A stretch of DNA of 64,000 nucleotides from Octopus bimaculoides (GCF_001194135.2 NC_068990.1:4425765-4489764), one strand, 5' to 3'; counted from the first letter of the stretch, positions 25,376 through 40,125 are shown. Program-made: numbers and translations. The notes: a model not told the origin generated them from the letters alone.

Positions 25376-26741
25376 TTCATGGCATATGAAATTTCCAAAG
25401 GCAAGTCAGTCCCAAGCTCTTATTTGATTCTAAAGCAAGGTGCACAGAGAGATTTAATTCGATTCACAAGTGAAGCTGTAAAAGTTCACACAAATCTCTT
25501 CTTATATTTCATGAAAACATCTTACATAAAAATAGTACAGGTTTAGACATAAACATGAAGAAAGCTAAGGAATACAATAAAAAAACTGTAATTCTCAATG
25601 AATAAGCTATAGAGAATATTCATAACTGAATGTTATTTTTTTCAAGTATTGTTTATTACTTTTGACTTGGGACTCTTTTCTCTGAAGAATTGCAACGCCA
25701 CTTTCTGATATCACACAGTTTAATGTAAATAAAATGTATGATGTGTCATCTTTTTGAAAAGTAGGAAAAAATAACATTTACCCTTTTGCTATTTTTTGAC
25801 TGATGTGCATGCTGATTAAAAAACACTTAAATTAATGGAGAAATACACTTCCTTTTTATTTTTATGCCAACAAAATTTGTTGGAAATGCTTAGATTTAAA
25901 ATTTTATTTCTCCTTCATAATTCAGAGAAGAAAACTACATAAAATAAAAAGCAAAATTATAATAGGCCATGACAAGTAATATATGAGTTATTTACAATGA
26001 AGAAGTGGAAATATCATATGAATTTATTGCGCTTTGACAACTAAACTCACAATATATTTTTCCTTTCATTACTGTCAATATTTTTAACAAGCTAAGCTAT
26101 ATTTAAAGAATAAATATTTGAGTGATGCTGTCAGTATGAAAAACAAGAGATATGTTAGTGTTAACATAGTCAATGCAAGGAACAATAAGTATCTAACTAT
26201 AAACAGTTATGCAGTGAGATAGAAAAACAATACAATATTTTTCAATGGCAAATATTAATTTAATTATTTCTGCAAGAACAGGAGGTGACTCCAAATAAGA
26301 TCTGGTCTTATTATGACCTCATCAGCAAAGCAGACTTTACCAAACATACTGAAGAATTAATAAGTAAATCACTAAGTAAATGTAGATCAAATCAGCTGGA
26401 ACACACATTGCCATAATTGGCAGAGTTCCAGGCTCGGGCATTTATAACTTATTAATTTGTTTGTTGAATGTCTAAAATCTGTTGAAATAGATTGTTATTT
26501 TCAATAACTTTTTCTGTTTTGCTATTGAGTCTTTAACTTTCTCTTTTCATATTTCACTGACACGTAAATGGTGTAGGAGATAACAAATAAATTGTAAAGG
26601 ACAAAGGGAAGGCGACTGACTTATCCTTCTGATGATGAAATACAATCTTAATATTTGCTTCCAAGATGAAAATGCATTTTAACTATTTTGCCCAGTATGT
26701 CACATCTTTACAGCAGTCATCTCTTCTCTTATATTTTACTT

Positions 26742-27105
26742 GTTTCATACATTGGACTATGACCATGCTAGGGCATTACTTTGAAGGGTTTTAGCTGAAC
26801 AAATCAATCACAGTACTATTATTTTCTTAGCCTTGTGCTTATTCTACTGGTCGCTTTTTACTGAACTATTAAGTAACATGGTTGTAAAGAAACCAACACT
26901 AGTTGTCAAGCAGTGATGGTGATGGGGCAAGCACACACACATATATATATCTGTATATATAGCTTCTTTTTGTTTCTGTCTACCAGATCCATTTACAAGG
27001 CTTTGACTGGCATGGTCTATAATAGAAAACACTTGCCAAAAGTGCCATGCAGTGGAACTGAACCCATGAACATATGGTTGGGAAGCAAATTTCTTACCAC
27101 ACTGC
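26742..27105 (-). mobile_element. SINE family A
   Basis: Reverse complement of the consensus. Confidence 0.82.
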
Positions 27106-27219
27106 CAGAAAAAATTCTAGTTTTCATCAAAGCATTTATAAAATATCTGTTGATAACTGTTTGGTTCAGAAGTTTGCTCAGCAACCTGCGAAAGTGTCTT
27201 GTACAATGCCCTAGGGATG

Positions 27220-27301
27220 GACAAAGCCTTGTGAGTGGATTTGGTAGTCAGAAACTGAAAGAAACCCAGCGTGCACACGTGTGTGTGTGTGTTTATGTGC
27301 A

Positions 27302-27388
<87 letters not shown>

Positions 27389-27410
27389 ATTTGCATGTTT
27401 GTGTGTACCC
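27220..27410 (+). mobile_element. SINE family A core fragment followed by a long (GT)n tract
   Basis: aaagccttgtgagtggatttggtagtcagaaactgaaagaaaccc then about 120 bp of GT. Confidence 0.8.
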
Positions 27411-28018
27411 TAGTTTTAACATCTCATGAAGGTTGTGAACAAGTAACACTGCCATACAAGCAACGTTCATTTCTAGTCTGCTGTAAAATATTAACTTGAG
27501 CAGAAATGGAAAAGGATACTAATATGATGATAATGATGACAATGATACAGTTCTATAGCTACTACTAAAACTGTAGATTATGTTTATTCTCTACTCAAAC
27601 TGGCGAGACAAAGAAGTAACTTTTGTGTTCTGTTGTGCTCAATATAAACAATGTAGAAAAGTGGTTAAAACAAAGTTAAACAGATTCATTGGTCAATCAA
27701 ATTTAAATTTGGAAGCTGCTAATAAACTCTTTTTAACTCTGGTTTAAAAACACTGAAAATAAAATTTCATAGCAATACTAAACTGAAAATTCATAATAGT
27801 TCTTCATAAATAGGTAGATATCTGGAAAGTACCTAATCTAACATCATAAACATCACAGATATCTTCTTATCTATGAAGTACTGCTATTAACAATACTAAT
27901 ACAAAATTTATGAATATATGATTCCACATGCTGAAAGCTGTAATGCACAATGAACTTAAATACAAAGAGGAAAATGTAACATCTAGCCATGCCTGGCTGA
28001 CTCTGAATAGTGGCTAAT

Positions 28019-28030
<12 letters not shown>

Positions 28031-28050
<20 letters not shown>

Positions 28051-28215
28051 CTTTTACTTGTTTCAGACATTAGACTGAAGCCATGCTGTGGTACTGCTTT
28101 CAAGAATTTTTAATTGAATGAATCGACACCAGTATTTATTTTTTTTTTCAAAGTTTGGTAATTATTCTCTCAGACTCTTTTTGCTGAGCCACTAAGTAAT
28201 GGGGACATAAACACA
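28031..28215 (-). mobile_element. SINE family A 3' fragment
   Basis: Tail motifs on the minus strand. Confidence 0.7.
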
Positions 28216-31200
28216 TGAGATATATTAAGTGTTAACACCACAAAGTCTGCATTAGTTATCACACATTAGTGTGTTTCCTGCATCTCTGTACCTTTTGGAC
28301 ATCAGATATTTAGTTGCTATATCATGTTCCTGGATTGCAAATACATACCTTTCAAAGTGAGAGTTAGTTATCCAGCTGTTGTATGTATATGATGAAGAGT
28401 ACAAATGGCTGAAGTACCTAAAAATGCAGTAGGCATTGTATATTTTCTTATTGGGACTACAGTATATCTTTGGTTAAAGCAACTTTCAAATTACTAAATC
28501 TATGTAGATGTGAATAAATAAATGTCTCATGTTAGCAGCCTCACACTGTTCTATGCTCAGTAACGAAAATTTAACAGCTGGTTCATTAGCTTGTAGCACT
28601 GAGCTCAGTTTCTTCACTCTCTTTCCCTTTTTGTTTTGTGGTTGATAGGAGGGATGCCTACAGAAGGTCGTCTGGTTCACACTCTCAGACTACAATTATG
28701 CAATTATCAGGAAGCTTAGTAACTGGATTAGGATTTTTGTCTGATGGTTGATGTACTCACCCCTATTGCACATGAAATTTATTACAAACATCTGCTCTCC
28801 ATTAGCCACATGGGACAGTTACTATAGATGATGAGTATATATAAAGAGAACATTAAACTCTGTAAAAGGGCTGAAATATTACCTTTCAGTGTTTCATATC
28901 CAAGCTTATGGAATAAAAATCTGAAACACTGTCATGCTGATAGTTATAAGCACAAAAGCTGCTGAAATATTATATAATCTAGTAAACATCAAGTTAAAGA
29001 CAGTAAATGACAATAATGGTTTTACATCATATTATGCCTGAGTCAGGAAGATTAAAAAGATTTACCAGAATATATGAATTATTTCATTATATGTATATGG
29101 TGCAACACATAATTCAATTCTGCTGCTTTTATCAATGTAATATTACGCATTTTCTATGTAATATAATTTTCTATGGTGTAAGTGCTTGGGTAAGAGAATA
29201 TCTGACTAGACAGACAGCATGTGACATGACTTTAATGAGAATTAAAATCTTTAGAAGTTTAATTACTAATTATGTGCTTTCTAATTTGCATTTTAACTCA
29301 GAAAATCAAATCTTGAAAATAAAATTAAGTGCGTTTAAATACACAAAATGAATTGTTTCCCATGCTGTGATGCGTAATATATAAAAGTGATATAATGTTA
29401 TATAATTAATAAATACTTCTTTAACCAACTAAGATCACTGCTACATTAAAATATGAAAGTTTAAGTCAGTAATGAATTCTGCTTTGGAATATTAAATAGA
29501 ATACATTAGAAAACGACCAAAAATATTCTTTAAGAAGCTTTTAACTGTAGTTGCTTTGTTACTTTATAATAGTAACTCTGATGAATCTATTCAGTGAATT
29601 TTATTTAAGATTTTATTTGAATGAGAACCGTAGTTGGTTATATAAAGTAGCAAGTAATTACTTCTTGCAATAACTGTATTTAAGTTTTAGAGAATAGATT
29701 GAAAGATGAATAAATAAAAATTGCCATCTTCAGTAACATATATATATATATATATATATATACACACTCAAATATAACATAACTTGATTCAAAATTCTAG
29801 AGATTGATAGGTGATGTAATATTTTCATATCTAATTAGAATAACAAGATTGCATTTGGTCAATCTTCTATTCAGAATGCATACATGTCTTAACTGTTCCT
29901 TTATTTCATATAATTGACAGATTGCCCATAACCATGGAAACATCTTCATCAAATAAAGAAACCCCTTTCCAAAATTTCATGTTAATTATTTCAAATTATT
30001 TTAATTAGTTGTTAAGAATCAACACTGCTATTTACATCTTGTAAACATTATTCTATAACAAATATAACAAATTTTATAGCTAGTACAATATTTTCAGATT
30101 TAATTAGCACAACATAATTGCATTTAGCGTACTTTCTATTCCAACTTGAATACAATGTAGGTAGCTTATTTTATCCAAGAACTGGAAGCTATTCTCTAGC
30201 TTGGTAAAACTAAGTCAAGCAGAATTCATTGTTCTGTCCAGGTGTTCAGTGAAACACTTGATAAGATATAGTCTAACAATCTCTGAGTTAGTAGTTTGAA
30301 ATATTATTCAATTAGTCATTTTACTAAAAATTGATATAATATTACCAGGTAATTAATGATCATTTTAATATTTCAGATCTAATTAGTCATAAAAGTTCAC
30401 ATTGATAATGTGCAAACACCTCATTCGTCAGCTGGAATGGAACACAAATCTATTCTAGAGTAAATAAACAGATATTTTAATTGATTACATGTTATGGTGT
30501 GTGTGTGTGTTTGTGTGTGTGATGTTTTGTAGAGTAAAAAGTAAGAGTAACTGTTTAGAATGATAATGTTTATATACAACCTAACATTCTACTTTATCAT
30601 TCTCACCCACTCTCTCTGTTTCTCTCACTCTCTCTTCTTCTCTTTCATACACACACTCTTACAAATACATATACGCACATGAACAGACATATGTTGTCAG
30701 CTTTGGAGGAATATGTGATTTTTACCTATTTTAAATCATATGAAGCAAGAGAGAGATTTATTATGAACACAGAGACTATTTTTTTTATGTAACCAACAGT
30801 AAAATAAATTTGAGATAATAAGAATATAATATTCATTAATATCAAATATTTATGCTGGTTAAGATTAATAATGTTAAATATTACAGCCACTACTGCATTA
30901 TGGCATGAATCCATTATAACAATATTTGGCACAAGAAATTCTTTGTAGAATGTAACTGCTTCTTACAATGAATCTTTGCAAGAATTCTATTGCTATACAT
31001 AGTAAATGGTTATGTCACAACACCAGACTAATGTCAAGTCCAAAGAGTCATTATAATCAAAAATAAGAAGAAATAAATAAAGAAGTAAATCTTTATACTC
31101 AATAACCTTGTTCTTTAGTGAATTGAGTAAAATTAAGCTCGAAGTAAATTAAATTTGACAAAGAAAATAGCTTTTATCCTGGCCACTTTATACATTTCAA

Positions 31201-31875
31201 GACTTATTTATTTGTAGCCTATAATTTGTAAATGGAAATGAAAACGCATTCTATTATAAATATATTATGAAGTAAAAATGTCAGTAACAGGCAGGCAAAA
31301 GAAAAACTTGCCAGATTGGTCTTTTGCCATAAGACATCATGCAAGACTTAGAGAGAACATTAAGCAACCAACTAAATAAATTAGAACTTTAGAAGAACTA
31401 ATCAATAGGTTATGAAAACTATTGCATATTAAAGAAATAGTTTTTATTCTGACATTTGAAAAAATACATAAAAAATTGAATTGGATTTTAAATTAGATTA
31501 TTTCTTTTTCTGTGTCTCCATCGTTAGATATATTTGTGTTTTTTTTTAAAAATTAATATGATGAGGAAGTATTGCATTTAAAGAAATTTACTTTACAAGG
31601 TGAGAATGGATTCAAAGTTTTAAAGCTAGAATATTACTGTACTCATTGCCTTGAGATATGCATGAAAATGTAATGTTGTGTCTGTAAGATTATAATATCG
31701 AGAGATGACTCTATTAATAATTACATTCAGTCCTGCACTTTACTGTATCTATCAACTCACTGCTTCTATTCAAATCTAAAGTCATCAACATTTTCTCATT
31801 TTGAAAATGTTCATTATAGTTCATTTTTTAAACTGACAGGGGTACAAATATATGAAGCACAGTATACCCATTATG

Positions 31876-32240
31876 ACTACCCACCTGATAACTGTACACC
31901 AGGCACATGCATCACAATCATTTGTGTGTGATAAAGTGATCTCATATCAAGATAAATAGTACATGATCTTGCAGGTGGGACCCAGTTAGAATTTTTTTCA
32001 GGTCGAGCAGCCCATCCCACTCAAAAGATCCCTGAATAAGGGTTGTTTAAGAATGTTGAATGAAACACCCATGTTTCCAAAGGTGAATTATTCAAACCCC
32101 ACAAAATTCCTCTCAACACTTAGCTATGATGCTTCCCCACTACTTCTGCTCATGATCAGAGATGCACATATTGTCAGCCACTAAGGAACATGCTCAAATG
32201 GTTAAGGTGAAGCAACTGACAAGCGAATCTGTTGTAATAC
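31876..32240 (+). mobile_element. Interspersed repeat, family D (SINE-like); a second copy lies inverted at about 53090-53250
   Basis: gagatgcacatattgtcagccactaagg...gcaactgacaagcgaatctg is shared in reverse complement with 53.1-53.25 kb. Confidence 0.75.
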
Positions 32241-32495
32241 TTTCTGATTATTATTATTATTATTATTATTATTATTGTTATTGGCGAAGTAAGATGTGAT
32301 TTTTCTAAGGTCTGTGTGTGGTAGTTTGTGTTGAAATTTTTGAAGATGGTTGCTCATTTGTTTCATTTTTTACTTGTGTGAGACCCCTCTTGTTAACTAG
32401 AAGGGGTCTGTTGTTGAGCGTTTGCCCTTTTGGGGGCAATTTTGGACTTTTAGTCCTTAAAAAAAAATTGTTTTTCATAAAATGAAAAACAAGAT

Positions 32496-33600
32496 GGACT
32501 CCGTTGTTGAGGGGAGTGACAGTGGCTGTCCTAGCAGCCAGTATTGTGTTGATCAACCCCACTGAACAGCACTAGTACCAGTACAAACATGGAAAACAAA
32601 AATATTTCAGTCATGACACGAACATAGACATCAACGAGAAAAATACAGACATGAACACTGTCAACATGGACAAGGAACAAAAAGAAAAAAAATTGATGAC
32701 TCAACAAGCAAATCAGACAAGCGCAGTTTTGCATTGGCCACTGGTCAAACAAAGGAGCAGATGAATCTCACATTAGATGACCTAAAAGACACGAAGGAGC
32801 TGTTAAGGAGGGAGGGAAATGCTGTCCTCTTAAACACTCCTCAAGACTTAATGAGAGACACAAACAAACGAACTGTAATATATAGATTTCTAAATGTAGA
32901 AAAAAAAAAAGAGTAGAACGAGCTACTCAACAACAGCTGGAATTGGCACTAAAACCAATATGAAACCAAAAAGACTTATGTGACAGTGGAAGGTACTTCG
33001 GTATTGTGGAAGTGTGTTTTGCAACAGAGCAAGAAGCAAAACAATGCTCCACAGTGCCCCTAAAAACAGATAAACTGTTGTGCGTGTCAATATACTTGGC
33101 TCGGTGCATAACTAAAGGGAAAATTAGGGAGGTGCACCCAGAAATAAACATATGCTGGCTGGTGTCAGCTGTCTTCTTAGATGCAGAGGACACCACCACA
33201 ATATTCGAGGTGCACAAGTTGCACCAGCCAAATTGCTTGGGTCAGGGGATGGAGCTCCTTGTTCAAATTGAACAAGGGAGCATAAATTCCATTCCTGATT
33301 CGATAAACCTTCCTGACAGCAGCAAACTGCACATCGCTGTGAAGGGCAGAAGGCCAAGATGCTACTTTTGTGGTGACCAAGGCCACCTCAGGGTCTTCTG
33401 CTCTAAGAAGGAGTGGTGACTGGCCCTTCTGCCAACACCAGAATTGGGGGCACCTCCAGTATAGCAGCCGCAGAAACCAGTGGTCACCCAAACACCAACA
33501 CCATCATAAGCAGCAGCAACAACAGTGATGATGCCTCCAGCCGTCGTCAAGGCACCACCAACACCAACAACAAAGACACCAAATCTAATTGGAACAATTA
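32496..33600 (+). pseudogene. Decayed retroelement ORF1/gag-like gene with a CCHC zinc knuckle (L1/Tx1-like)
   Basis: Frameshifted pieces ending ...LHIAVKGRRPRCYFCGDQGHLRVFC (C-x2-C-x4-H-x4-C), an N-terminal RSFALA motif and a low-complexity tail. Confidence 0.72.
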
Positions 33601-36600
33601 TACATTCCCAGATTTTGAAGAAATCATTAAAAAAACAACTTGCTTTCAGTTTGGTTTGATTTGTTTAGCTTTTACTCATTTCCTTTATTTTAGAAAATGG
33701 TCATATAATAAACAAATTTGAACATAACTAATCTTCACTCAGTAAAGTAAGAATGATTAATTCTCAGAGTTCTGAGGTGCTTTGCTTTGGCATGCAGTTG
33801 TGTACAGTGTCAGTTTGAGCATATTCCTGTACACAACATATTCTGACATGTTACAAATGGTATTGATGTTCTAGTTCTAAAAGTTTGCTTTTCTATTTAT
33901 TCAAAGTTTTATACGTCCAGCTACCTTTAAACTAAACAAAACTCAAAGTAATCAATGTTTTGTCCAGTCACCTTAAGGACTCTGCAACAAAGAACTTGTC
34001 TAAAGTTGTTTATTAAATGAAAGGAAGGTAATTCTTAGTGTTCCCAATCAGAACTAAAAGATTAGTTAACTATGGTTTAACTGAGTTTGCTGCCAGAAAA
34101 ATGTCAATAGTGCAAAACTACTCTACAATCAAAGTCTGCAGCAATATATTTGGGCAATTTTTTTTCCATTTTTGCTTTTGCATAGTTCAAGGGATTATAT
34201 ATTTTAGTTTCTATCAAAATCTATACAGGCTATTCATGTACACACATTGTAGTTTTGTTAGAGTTCTCAAATACTATATTGATTTTACTCATCTTTTCTA
34301 AATCATATTAACCAAAATAGTAACTTCATCTATGGAATGAATGTAATGTAGAAAAATGCTATTTTTGAGAGGTTTACCTAAAGTTAAGACAGCTGTTTGG
34401 ATATCATACGTACATTGATTTATTTTATGAAGTTTTCTAAACAGCAATTCATTGAAACATGAAGTTCTCATCAAAGAATATATAATGAAGAAATTTAATA
34501 TTTTCTGATAATTTTCGCTCAGTCATGGTTAATGCTTGACTGTTTTCCATAGAAGCATGATATTTCACTTTTCATGGTTAAAGTGATAAATATATAAATA
34601 AATAAAATACTAAAAGATGATGTAAAAGACTGATAGTAGACAATTCAACAAGAAAATTATCAGAATATTTCAAAATGCTGAGCAACAGCTATTACTGTAT
34701 TAATAATAAATTAAATAAAATCAATAATTCTAAAATACAGGTCTATATATTTTCTTTGTCCGCAAGAAAAATGATACCATCCATTTAATATCTTAATAAT
34801 TTAATGACAAAAATGTAAAGATAATGATTTGTAATATAAAAAAAAAAACATTGAAAAGGTAGTAAAAATGACATGCAAAAGATATCATTATGGTTGTCTA
34901 CTGAACATTCTAATGATTTTAGTCATAAATTTAAAATTTTATCTCAGATATATTTTGTTTCTTTTTGATTTTAATGGTACATTTTTTTTAGGTATCCTTA
35001 GAATAAAAAAATTAAAATTATGGACTTTGTTCAGGTTTTTCAGAAAAAATGATAGCTAATAAAAGTACAAAGCAAAAGCAAAGTAAAAAATAATAAAAGC
35101 ACTTATGACCTTCTAGATCATTAAGGCTAAAAGTTTCCATAACCCTTTTCATCATTGTCACCCAATGGAACATTTTAACAAAGATTAAAATTTTAGAGTT
35201 AAAACTTAAATTTTATTGCAGGTGGCTAAAATGCTATTTTCTATTTTGTATGGTGAAAATAATGTGAAGAAAACATAAGAAACATTTATATATAAATTTT
35301 AAAATGATGAATCTTAAGTTACCATAATAAATATTTCTTTTTTAAAAAAAGAATACAGTGTCATTCTAAGATGGCTTTGTCATCAAATAAAACCAAATAA
35401 CAGATACAAAAATAAATAACAGAAATTAAAAAAAAAACAGGAAAAGAGAAAGTATGAATTTGATTTGAAGCTAAGCTAATTCAAGAATTATTCCTGTTGA
35501 AAATAAGTGAGAAAACTAGTTTAGAATAAAAATTCAATATAAAATAAATGTCTTTAAGTCAGTATATTCAGTAGCATATAAGAACAAGTTACTAAGTATT
35601 GCAATCAATTCATGACTAAAATATATAAAAATTAGTTGAAGTTGTATTCATTTAATTAAAATAATTCCATATGGAAAGATATATTTTTCCGTTGGAAACT
35701 TTCCTAATTATCGAACAGTGCACAAAATAATGCATATTAGTTAAATTTTAATTACTGTCCCTGAGTGCATTTGAATTCTAATGAAACTATTTTCTGAGAT
35801 TATGCATGTGCACACACGTGTGCGCACACACACACGTGTGCGCACACACACACACACACGAAAAACTAATCAAGTAAGATATTAAATCACTATACATTAA
35901 ATTTTGTTAAGAAATAAAATAAGAGAATCTGCAATATTTAGTAGATCATTTAACATTTTTTTTATCCGTATTTAAAAAATGATTTTATCTTTCTATGTAA
36001 TTCTATACCAAGAATTGGCTTGATATCCTAACAATTCTTTTTATCATTTTGTCGTAATATTTTTTATCAAGCATTTATTCTATAGACCATAGCTGTTTCA
36101 TTGATCAGTATTTGGTCTCCTTTTATTTTGTTCATCAGATATTTTAGGTCTGTAGTACTTGCTAGTAATTATTAGTTCCTGTCTTGTCCTTAGTGTTTCA
36201 TTTTACTTTTCAATGCACTAGCTATGGGCTCAAACTCACTGCAATGCATCTGACAACTGACATTTGTTTGTGAAATTGACACACAAAGCATATTTTCATC
36301 GCTTTTAGAAATTTGCTTTGTTGTCAAATTATTCTGTTTGTCATCATGAAAATATAGTCAAACTGTATGAAAGTAGTAATTATGATTTACATCTGAATCT
36401 GCTGGGTTTTTTTTTTTTGTTTACAAATGAATATAAGTTATATTCTCTGACTTACATTCCCCATTTACTTCATGATCATAAGTCCACTGCTTTCATTTGA
36501 AGTGCAATGGTGAAACCAATTTGAGTACTCAGAAACTTGCCAGAAGTCAGATGCTTCAATCTTGCCACTACTGCTGTGATGAATCTGTGGCTGAGATACT

Positions 36601-38586
36601 TAAATCATACGTTTTAAATTTGGTTTGCTCTAAGAAAGTGACAATGGTGGCACAATTCACAGTAAAACTTGACTTTTTATCTGGTAGTGCTGAGTAAAGT
36701 TCTGTTTGCTGGGAAAGTCATGGGTGACTGATTGGCATTTTACCAAAAGAATAGTTAACTCTTATTTTCTTAAGGCCATGGATCAAATTTAAGCACTTCT
36801 TAGTTGATTGCAGAAACTTTGAAGGCTTAGAACTGCATTAATGAATATATAGAAAGAATTCCATATCACTGATGACAATAATTACTACAATCTCAAATTC
36901 CTTTGTTTTAATAAATTTAACAACAGGCATTGCCTGTTGAAAATATACTAAATTCATATTCTACTTGTAGCAAGTTTATAAATTCATTCTGCATCGTGTC
37001 CTCTTTGAAAGTATTGTTTTCTTAATGATCTAGTCAACTGAATGAGGTATTTGAGTTAACTTATATTAGTATATCCAAGTAGAAATTTGTTTTATTTATA
37101 AGTAGCAGAAAATAGTATTAGAAGCTATAAGATTTAACAAAGAATGAAACTGACTTTAGTAATTCTTGTGATTTGTGTTCTGGCTGTGAGTATTCAAGAA
37201 AATAGAAGAAAATGCCTATTATAAAAATTATAACACAATGATACCTTTTAAGTTAATAGTAATGAACTAAGATCAAAATGCTTAATGTAAGGTTACAATG
37301 AATCCCTCAAGGAGTGCAGTATAAACTCAGATATAGTAAATATCTTATTTATCATACAAAGAAGTTACCTTAAAGGATTATTTTTGTAGAATAGATATCA
37401 TGTAAAAGAATAAATAAAATAAAACTAACAAAACCTTAAGGAACGTGTGGAAATCAGATTAATTGTTATTTTAAGAAGTTTAGAGAAAGAAATAAGCTGC
37501 ATAATCTGTGCTTGAAAGCATCTTAATTCACTGTTCCAACAACCAGATATGAATTAATAACATGACATCTAATAATCAATAATTAAAACAAGCATCCATA
37601 ATAAATTAATCAAATTTTACACCAACATAAGCCTATGTTTTACACACACACACACACAATTAGAAGAATATCTCCAATAACCTGATTAACAGTAGTAGCC
37701 TCACTTATAATATTACAGAAGTTTATGTTTATAAAGGCCTTAAATAATTTCATTGATATAAGTTTATTTCATATTTTCATAGATAATTTCTTTTAAAGCA
37801 GACTGTAATACCAGTCATAAAAAATTGAGGTCAAAAATGTTGAATGGTAAATACCATTATTTAAACTAGCAAATAACTCACTCAGTTTAGTTGCTTATTT
37901 GCTCTGATGGTTACATTATCTTATATTTGTAAAAATATTGATTTGAAGCAATATGATTAATATAAAAAAAGTTTATTAAAAAAAAGCAAGGAGTCAAAGT
38001 TGTAAGAGAAAAGAAATGTCAAAATGAATATTTTTTTTTTTCAGAGAGACTACAATTTCAATTTTTCCTTTTATTTGCTGAGTCTAGAGGAAGGTTCAGT
38101 GCCCATGCCCTTTATAAGCTCTCAAAAACAGGTAAACATGATGCTGTTAATGTTCCATTTAAATTGCTATACCTCAACACCTACAGGAAAGGTATCAGAA
38201 GGAGGAAAAAAAAACCTTTAGAGTAATGACGTCCTGGTGAGAAGACATTGGGCATAGTGGTTAGTGTGGAGTTGATAGGGGGTGGGGACACAACAAGAAT
38301 GCTCAGAAATAAAGAGAAAAAGTGGGTTTGGGGTAACTGTGTAGAGGAGGCACAGGAGTAGCCAGCTCTGACCATATTAAAGTTGGGACTGAAGCTGGAG
38401 TGCAAATCAGGATTCACAGAAACTATTTCTATTTTCTTGGTACTTATAGAATTACAAGCAAAACAGTAGCTGTACATCAATTGTCATGAACTTACATGCA
38501 TACATGTACACAAACAATAACGTAAGTAGCAGCAGTTTTTTCAAACTCTAATAAAAATAATAATAATAATAACAATAATCATTTCT

Positions 38587-38792
38587 ACTATTGGCATAAG
38601 GCCTGAATTTTGTGGGGAGGGTGTTAGTCAATCACACTGACCCCAGTACTCAACTGGTACTTAATTTATTGACCCCAAAAGGATGAAAGGCAAAGTCAAT
38701 TTTGGCAGCATTTGAACTCAGAATGTAAAGACAGATGAAATCCTGCAAAGCATTTCACCCAGCATGGTAACGATTCTGCAAGCTCACCACCT

Positions 38793-38793
<1 letters not shown>
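38587..38793 (-). mobile_element. SINE family B within (AAT)n
   Basis: Reverse complement of the consensus, flanked by AAT tracts on both sides. Confidence 0.9.
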
Positions 38794-38824
<31 letters not shown>

Positions 38825-39326
38825 TAAAAATCCTAAATTATAAAAATATTAAAAAAATAATATCAATGTCTCAAATTTATAGAAAATTATATATCAGAAT
38901 GTTGACTTTGACAGTAATTTTTGAAAGTAAGAAGACAGAATCAGTTATTGATTAAATAGATTTGGTGTTAATCACTAATAGTTGAATGGACTATGTTCAG
39001 TGACGTAGAGAAAACGAAATGTTATTAACAACATTAAATACTATCTACAATGAAAATACTCCTACTTTAGGCATATACAGCGAGTATGATGAGAAGAGAA
39101 ATGGATAGATAAGGATTATGGTTGAATAAACACAGATAATTGGAACATGTGTTAATGAGAACACAAGAGAATATATGGAAAGCAATTGTTATATGTTGAT
39201 CGAGGAAAGTGGGATATTCTGTATTTTTATAGTTTAGCCAGAGGAGGAAGGACAGTACTGGCCATGTTCTAATTTCTAAGACATGTACTAGAAATGCTTG
39301 TATATCTATATGGCAATATTAAACAG

Positions 39327-39706
39327 AGGCGCAGGAGTGGCTGTGTGGTAAGTAGCTTGCTTACCAACCACATGGTTCCGGGTTCAGTCCCATTGCGTGG
39401 CACCTTGGGCAAGTGTCTTCTACTATAGCCTCGGGCCGACCAAAGCCTTGTGAGTGGATTTGGTAGACGGAAACTGAAAGAAACCCTCGTATATATGTAT
39501 ATGTGTATAAATGTGTGTGTGTTTGTCCCCCTAACATTGCTCGACAACTGATGCTGGTGTGTTTGCGTCCCCGTAACTTAGCGGTTCAGCAAAAGAGACT
39601 GATAGAATAAGCACTAGGCTTACAAAGAATAAGTCCTGGGGTTGATTTGCTCGACTCAAAGCGGTGCTCCAGCATGGCCGCAGTCAAATGACTGAAACAA
39701 ATAAAA
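39327..39706 (+). mobile_element. Near full-length tRNA-derived SINE, family A
   Basis: Head ggcgcaggagtggctgtgtggtaag (A-box-like) and ccgggttcagtccc (B-box-like), conserved core, internal AT/GT tract, and a tail ending gaaacaaataaaa. Confidence 0.93.
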
Positions 39707-39908
39707 CGAGTAGAGTAATGCTATGTAAAATTAGTAAGAGCTTTCTCGATGGGTTTTCATTTTTTTATCTACCAAAAATTGTTCACGAGGCTAATATTTG
39801 CCTAAGGTTTACTGTAGAGGGATTGAACCTGAAACCCCATGGCTGTGAAGTAAATTTCTGAAATGTACGACCATGACTGCACTGTTTTAATGTTAATACT
39901 TGCCTTTA

Positions 39909-40125
39909 CTAAGGCAGTGAGCTGGCAGAATCATTAGCATGCCAGGTAAAATGCTTAGTGACAGTTTGTCCATCTTTATGTTCTGAGTTCAAATTCTGCT
40001 GAGGTTGACTTTGTCTTTCATCCTTTCAGGGTCGATAAAATAAGTGCCAGTTGAGTGTTGGGATCGATGTAATCAACTTATCCCTTTCTCTGGAGTTGCT
40101 GGCCTTGTGCCAAAATTTGAAATCA
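39909..40125 (+). mobile_element. SINE family B
   Basis: Matches the consensus. Confidence 0.9.

Noticed and set aside
26330-26400. L27-like peptide DLHLLSDLLINSSVCLVK on the minus strand
   Set aside because: There is an in-frame TGA right after the only nearby acceptor and no donor at the expected position.
36450-36510. PDZ-like words (SGL...HEVNG) before a GTAAGT donor on the minus strand
   Set aside because: The two words are in different frames with stops, and the site lies upstream of the L27 exon, which is the wrong order. At most a non-coding exon.
38181-38480. 99-aa ORF in a GC-richer island
   Set aside because: No recognisable domain or splice context; probably a decayed TE.
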